A model generated the notes under the pieces. That model was not told the origin of the DNA. It made no database searches and saw only the letters and a program-made list of their open reading frames with translations. Positions 60,054-64,000 of a stretch of DNA of 64,000 bases are shown in pieces (position 1 is the first letter of the stretch; each line of letters starts with the position of its first letter). Both the position numbers and the translations under genes were made by a program. Source of the DNA: an uncultured Methanosarcinales archaeon (lineage in GTDB: Archaea > Nanobdellota > Nanobdellia > Woesearchaeales > JACPBV01); contig CAZSRD010000001.1 of NCBI GenBank assembly GCA_964609455.1, forward strand, positions 70,920 to 134,919, given 5' to 3'.

Positions 60054-61037
60054 GTGGTTTTAATGACAAAGAAGATCAGTTTATTGGCTGGAACATCTAA
60101 TTTAGAGCTAGCTAAGGAAATATCTTCACACCTAAAGGTAGAACTAACGCCTATAGAGGTTAAGAACTTTAATGATGGGGAGGTATATGTGCATATTGAA
60201 AAGAGTGTAAGGGGCTCTACTTTGTTTATAATCCAATCTACTTCTCCTCCAGTAAATGACAAGCTGATGGAACTTTTGCTGATTATTGATGCCTGCAAAA
60301 GGGCTTCTGCAAAAGAGATTAATGTTATTGTGCCTTATTATGGCTATTCAAGGCAGGATAGAAAAGCTCTGCCAAGAGAGCCAATATCTGCTAAATTAGT
60401 GGCTAATTTGATTGAAGCAGCAGGAGCAGATAGGTTAGTTACTTTTGATTTGCATGTGGACCAGATCCAGGGATTTTTTGATATACCTGTTGATAATTTG
60501 GAAGCAGTATCCTTGATTGCTAATTATCTCATAGATAAAAAATTAAAGGATGTTGTTGTAGTTTCTCCAGATGTTGGCGGGGCAAGGAGAGCAAGAAGAT
60601 TAGCTAAGATATTAGATGTAAATATTGCAATAATAGACAAGAGAAGGCCAGCACATGGTGTTGCAGAGATAATGAATATTATAGGAGATGTAAAAGATAA
60701 GGATTGTATTTTATTTGATGATATAATTGATACAGCAGGCACTATATCAAATGGCGCTAAGGCTTTAAAAGAAAGCGGGGCAAGGAATATTTATGTGGCA
60801 GCAACACATGCTTTATTCTCAGGACCTGCTGTTGAAAGACTACAAGATGATGCAATTAAAGAGATTATAGCCACAAACACAATCGAAATACCTAAAGAGA
60901 AGATATTTAAAAAGTTAAAAGTTATATCTTTGGCGCATTTATTAGCTGATTCGATAACAAAGATCTATGAAGGCACGCCAATGGGCATTCTTTTTGACGA
61001 TTTGTATAACAAAATAAAGAAAAAAAGGCCACTATAA
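60054..61037 (+). CDS. prs: Ribose-phosphate pyrophosphokinase (PRPP synthetase)
   Basis: PYYGYSRQDRK, the PRPP-binding VVVSPDVGG and DDIIDTAGT. 327 aa. Confidence 0.9.
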   Translation: MVLMTKKISLLAGTSNLELAKEISSHLKVELTPIEVKNFNDGEVYVHIEKSVRGSTLFIIQSTSPPVNDKLMELLLIIDACKRASAKEINVIVPYYGYSRQDRKALPREPISAKLVANLIEAAGADRLVTFDLHVDQIQGFFDIPVDNLEAVSLIANYLIDKKLKDVVVVSPDVGGARRARRLAKILDVNIAIIDKRRPAHGVAEIMNIIGDVKDKDCILFDDIIDTAGTISNGAKALKESGARNIYVAATHALFSGPAVERLQDDAIKEIIATNTIEIPKEKIFKKLKVISLAHLLADSITKIYEGTPMGILFDDLYNKIKKKRPL

Positions 61038-61504
61038 TGAAAAAAGAAGAACATAAGGCAGAAAATAGCTCTACTTCAAAAGGTTCTGAAGAAAGAGAAT
61101 TACAAGAAAAGTATATTGAAATGAAAATACTAGAGGAACAGATGCAGCATATGCAGAAACAAGCTCAAGTTGTTGAGCAACAATTGATGGAAATGATGTC
61201 AACAGTACAGAGTTTAGAGGAGTTTAAGAAAACAAAAATAGGAGATAAGGTTTTAGTTCCGATAAGCTCAGGAATTTTTGCAAAAGCAGAATTAAAAGAT
61301 AATACACAGTTCCTGGTTAATGTTGGGGCAGATATTGTTGTAAGCAAGGATATTGAATCTACTAAAGCGCTTATACAAAAACAGGTTGAGGAATTGAGTG
61401 AATTACAGAATAAGGTAATGATGAACATACAGAAAATGTCTTTGAAAGCAGCTAGTATAGAAGAAGAATTGAGATATTTGGCTTCTAAAGTGCAAAATGT
61501 TTAA
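61037..61504 (+). CDS. pfdA: Prefoldin alpha subunit
   Basis: Coiled-coil / beta-hairpin (KVLVPISSGIFAKAEL) / coiled-coil architecture. 155 aa. Confidence 0.75.
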   Translation: MKKEEHKAENSSTSKGSEERELQEKYIEMKILEEQMQHMQKQAQVVEQQLMEMMSTVQSLEEFKKTKIGDKVLVPISSGIFAKAELKDNTQFLVNVGADIVVSKDIESTKALIQKQVEELSELQNKVMMNIQKMSLKAASIEEELRYLASKVQNV

Positions 61505-62795
61505 ATTCTTAAAAGAAAAATTAAAACTGGGTATTAAGAATATTTCTAATAAGATTGAGGAAGAAGGAGTTACAGAGGAAACTGTAGTAGAGAAGCCTGT
61601 AGAGGCTCCTGCTGAGAAGAAAGGTTTTTTTTCAAGGCTACGAGAGAGATTTACTAAAGAGAAGATAGAAGAATTTCCAGAAGAAGAAGCTGTTGAAGAG
61701 AAGGTTGATGTCAAGGATGAGGTTGAGCAATACCAGAAGAAAGAAGAGCTGAAAGAGCAGGAGAAGGAATTAGAGGAGAAAGAAGAAAAAATAAAAGAGA
61801 AGGTAGAGAAAAAGGAAATTCCAAAAATACAAGAATTAATGGAGAAACAGGAAGAGGAAAAGAAAGTTGAGGAGATAAAGAAAGTAATTGAAGAGCCTAA
61901 GATTGAGGAGCCTGAAAAAAGGGGTTTTTTCAGAAAGATAAAGGAAAGGATTACAACCAAGAAGATAAATGAAGAACAATTTGATAAGATATTTTGGGAG
62001 CTGGAGCTGGCTTTATTAGAGAATAATGTTGCTGTAGAGGTTATTGAGAAAATAAAAGATGACTTAAAGCAGGAGCTTGTTGATAACCCATTACCAAGAG
62101 GAAAAATAGAAGAGGTTATCTTAAACACATTAAAGTCGTCAATTGAACAGATACTTAATGTTAAGTCATTTAATTTATTGGATGAAGCTAGAGAAAAGAA
62201 ACCTTATGTCATATGCTTTATAGGAATAAATGGCTCAGGAAAAACAACAACAATAGCTAAGATGGGCAGAATGCTTTTAGACAATGGATTTTCAGTTATT
62301 TTAGCTGCTTCAGATACATTCAGGGCAGCTGCAATAGACCAATTACAGCATCATGCTGATAAATTAGGGGTTAAGCTGATAAAGCATAACTATGGCTCAG
62401 ATCCAGCTGCTGTTGCTTTTGATGCTATAAAACATGCAAAATCAAAGAATATTGATGTTGTTTTGATTGATACTGCTGGAAGGATGCATAGTAATGTTAA
62501 TTTAACAGATGAAATGAAGAAAATTGTTAGGGTAGCTAATCCTGATTTGAAAATATTTGTTGGTGAGTCAATAACAGGAAATGATTGTGTTGAGCAGGCT
62601 AAAAAGTTTGATGAGGCAATTGAGCTGGATGCAATAATATTGTCAAAAGCAGATGTTGATGAAAAAGGGGGGGCTGCTATTTCTGTTTCTTATGTTACAC
62701 AAAAACCCATTATTTACATAGGTACTGGACAGGAATATAAAGATTTAGAAGCTTTTGATGCATCTATTATTATGAATAGTTTAGGGCTTGCTTAA
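61497..62795 (+). CDS. ftsY: Signal recognition particle receptor FtsY (acidic A-domain plus NG domain)
   Basis: GINGSGKTTT P-loop, DTAGR, and the SKADVD/GGAAIS motifs. The N-terminal Glu/Lys-rich domain has two GFF(S/R)+ amphipathic repeats. 432 aa. Confidence 0.85.
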   Translation: MFKFLKEKLKLGIKNISNKIEEEGVTEETVVEKPVEAPAEKKGFFSRLRERFTKEKIEEFPEEEAVEEKVDVKDEVEQYQKKEELKEQEKELEEKEEKIKEKVEKKEIPKIQELMEKQEEEKKVEEIKKVIEEPKIEEPEKRGFFRKIKERITTKKINEEQFDKIFWELELALLENNVAVEVIEKIKDDLKQELVDNPLPRGKIEEVILNTLKSSIEQILNVKSFNLLDEAREKKPYVICFIGINGSGKTTTIAKMGRMLLDNGFSVILAASDTFRAAAIDQLQHHADKLGVKLIKHNYGSDPAAVAFDAIKHAKSKNIDVVLIDTAGRMHSNVNLTDEMKKIVRVANPDLKIFVGESITGNDCVEQAKKFDEAIELDAIILSKADVDEKGGAAISVSYVTQKPIIYIGTGQEYKDLEAFDASIIMNSLGLA

Positions 62796-63463
62796 TAGAA
62801 TTCGATTTCTTCTTCTAAATAGATTCCTTTATGAAGCTTAACTGGCCTCCAATTGTCTATAACTAATTCTGCATCTAACCATTCTGCAAGCTCTTCCGGG
62901 TTGCCTATTGTTGCTGATAAAGCAATTAACTGCATATTTTTCAAAAGTTTTCTTAAGATTGTGATAAGTATCTCTAATGTTGGGCCTCTGCTTACATCGT
63001 TCATCATGTGGACTTCATCAACTATAACAGTAGCTACTGAACTTAACCATGGTGTATGGTGCCTTATTAAAGAATCTAGTTTTTCTGCTGTGCAAATAAT
63101 CAGGCCGTAATCTGCCAAATATGGGTCTGCAGAGTCCAGGTCTCCAATCGAGAGCGCTATTCTTACAATATGCCCGTATCTTTTCTTGAAATCCTTGAAT
63201 TTTTCATTGGCTAAAGCTTTTAATGGAACTATGTAGATTGCCTTTCCTTTTCCCTCTAAGATGTTTTTTATTGCTGCTAACTCAGCAATTAATGTTTTTC
63301 CAGAAGCAGTTGGTGTGCATACCAATAAGTTTTTGTTATTTAAGAGGCCATGCTTAACTGCCTTTTCCTGCGCAGGCCTCAATTCTTTGATTTCTTTGTC
63401 AAGTATATTGAATAATTCATTTGGAAGCTCTTTTTGGATTGATTCTAGGTTCATTATAAACAA
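62792..63463 (-). CDS. Hel308/Ski2-like helicase N-terminal RecA1 domain only (truncated gene or fragment)
   Basis: Q-motif LRPAQEKAV, motif I TPTASGKT, motif II DEVH and motif III SAT are present, then DNWRPV. The ORF stops at 223 aa. The downstream sequence is the convergent ftsY. Confidence 0.6.
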   Translation of the reverse strand: MFIMNLESIQKELPNELFNILDKEIKELRPAQEKAVKHGLLNNKNLLVCTPTASGKTLIAELAAIKNILEGKGKAIYIVPLKALANEKFKDFKKRYGHIVRIALSIGDLDSADPYLADYGLIICTAEKLDSLIRHHTPWLSSVATVIVDEVHMMNDVSRGPTLEILITILRKLLKNMQLIALSATIGNPEELAEWLDAELVIDNWRPVKLHKGIYLEEEIEFY

Positions 63464-63591
63464 AGATTAATTGAGTTAATATAAAGATTTCTAAAAAATC
63501 AGTAATTTTTTAGGACCTAAAAATTCATTTTGAATTTTTAGATTTCTACTAAAACACAAGATTTAAATATATTTTAGTTAAATATTGTATT

Positions 63592-64000
63592 ATGTTAGAA
63601 TTGAGAAAAGATTACATCTTAGATAGGTGGGTTATTGCTGCTTCTGTCAGGGGTAAAAGACCTAAGGAGTTCAAACAAGAGGGTAAAGCAACTGAACCAA
63701 AGTTATGTGTTTTCTGCCCTGGAAATGAGCATTTAACTCCGCCTGAGATTGGGAGAGTTGAGAAAGATGGCAAGTGGGTTTTAAGGTGGTTTCCTAATAA
63801 ATTCCCTTTTGTTGAGCAGAAAGGAAGTGCTAGAGTGAAGACAAAGAATAAATTTTTTACTTCTGCTGCTGCATATGGAAAACATGAGGTTATTGCAGAC
63901 ACAAATGATCCTAATAAGCAGCTATGGGATATGCCTCAAAGCCATATTAAACTTCTTTTAGATGTTATTAAACAGAGGATTACCAGTTTAGAAAGATTGA
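63592..64000 (+). CDS. galT: Galactose-1-phosphate uridylyltransferase (class I HIT), 3'-truncated by the window edge
   Basis: Hand translation MLELRKDYILDRWVIAASVRGKRPKE...CVFCPGNEH... is the GalT N-terminal zinc-site pattern. The frame is open to nt 64000. Confidence 0.7.
   Translation, partial: MLELRKDYILDRWVIAASVRGKRPKEFKQEGKATEPKLCVFCPGNEHLTPPEIGRVEKDGKWVLRWFPNKFPFVEQKGSARVKTKNKFFTSAAAYGKHEVIADTNDPNKQLWDMPQSHIKLLLDVIKQRITSLERL

Noticed and set aside
61403-62128. 241-aa Ser/Phe-rich ORF antisense to the ftsY acidic domain
   Set aside because: The low-complexity complement of the Glu/Lys-rich FtsY A-domain.
63612-63902. 96-aa ORF antisense to galT
   Set aside because: The + strand encodes a clear GalT N-terminus.

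Overview
This 64 kb window looks like an AT-rich archaeal chromosome segment. The archaeal markers are a PheRS alpha/beta pair, r-proteins S3Ae and S17e, prefoldin alpha, the Bud32 kinase, an AbrB-PhoU regulator, an intron-containing tRNA and GyrB. Gene density is high on both strands, with many 4-nt start/stop overlaps.

The core content is de novo purine biosynthesis (purA, two purP paralogs, guaA subunit B, purF plus a divergent purF-like paralog, purD, purN, purH, purE, purC, a wHTH-fused purB, purM, prs) interleaved with one-carbon and folate genes (glyA, folD, folC, 5-formyl-THF cyclo-ligase). Also present: hom and asd, a DapA-family aldolase, OTC with an amino-acid-kinase/GNAT fusion, transketolase, a PLP decarboxylase, gyrB, scpA, ftsY, galT (3' partial), a vapBC pair, a RimK plus retropepsin-like protease pair, two Lrp/AsnC regulators and a 2TM K+ channel. 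RNA genes are tRNA-Gln(CUG) on the + strand and a minus-strand cluster of tRNA-Glu(UUC), an intron-containing tRNA with apparent UAU anticodon, tRNA-Gly(GCC) and tRNA-Val(UAC).

Accessory and unusual content:
- A 31-nt copy of the tRNA-Glu 3' end lies 1.9 kb from the intact gene. The two copies bracket a DinD-like gene and a zinc-finger hypothetical, which looks like an integrated-element remnant (att-like).
- Four tiny ORFs sit in tandem between the PhoU-like regulator and a secreted EEP nuclease; three of them are zinc ribbons.
- Two genes (1956-2804 and 28001-28573) are visibly more GC-rich and K/I-poor than the rest, which suggests horizontal acquisition.
- purN has no canonical start codon.
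- A Hel308-like helicase gene keeps only its N-terminal RecA domain.
- S3Ae carries an acidic tandem-repeat tail.
- Several repeated intergenic motifs are candidate operators.

No CRISPR array, rRNA, transposase or integrase was seen. All calls come from reading the supplied translations and the DNA by eye. No database searches were run.
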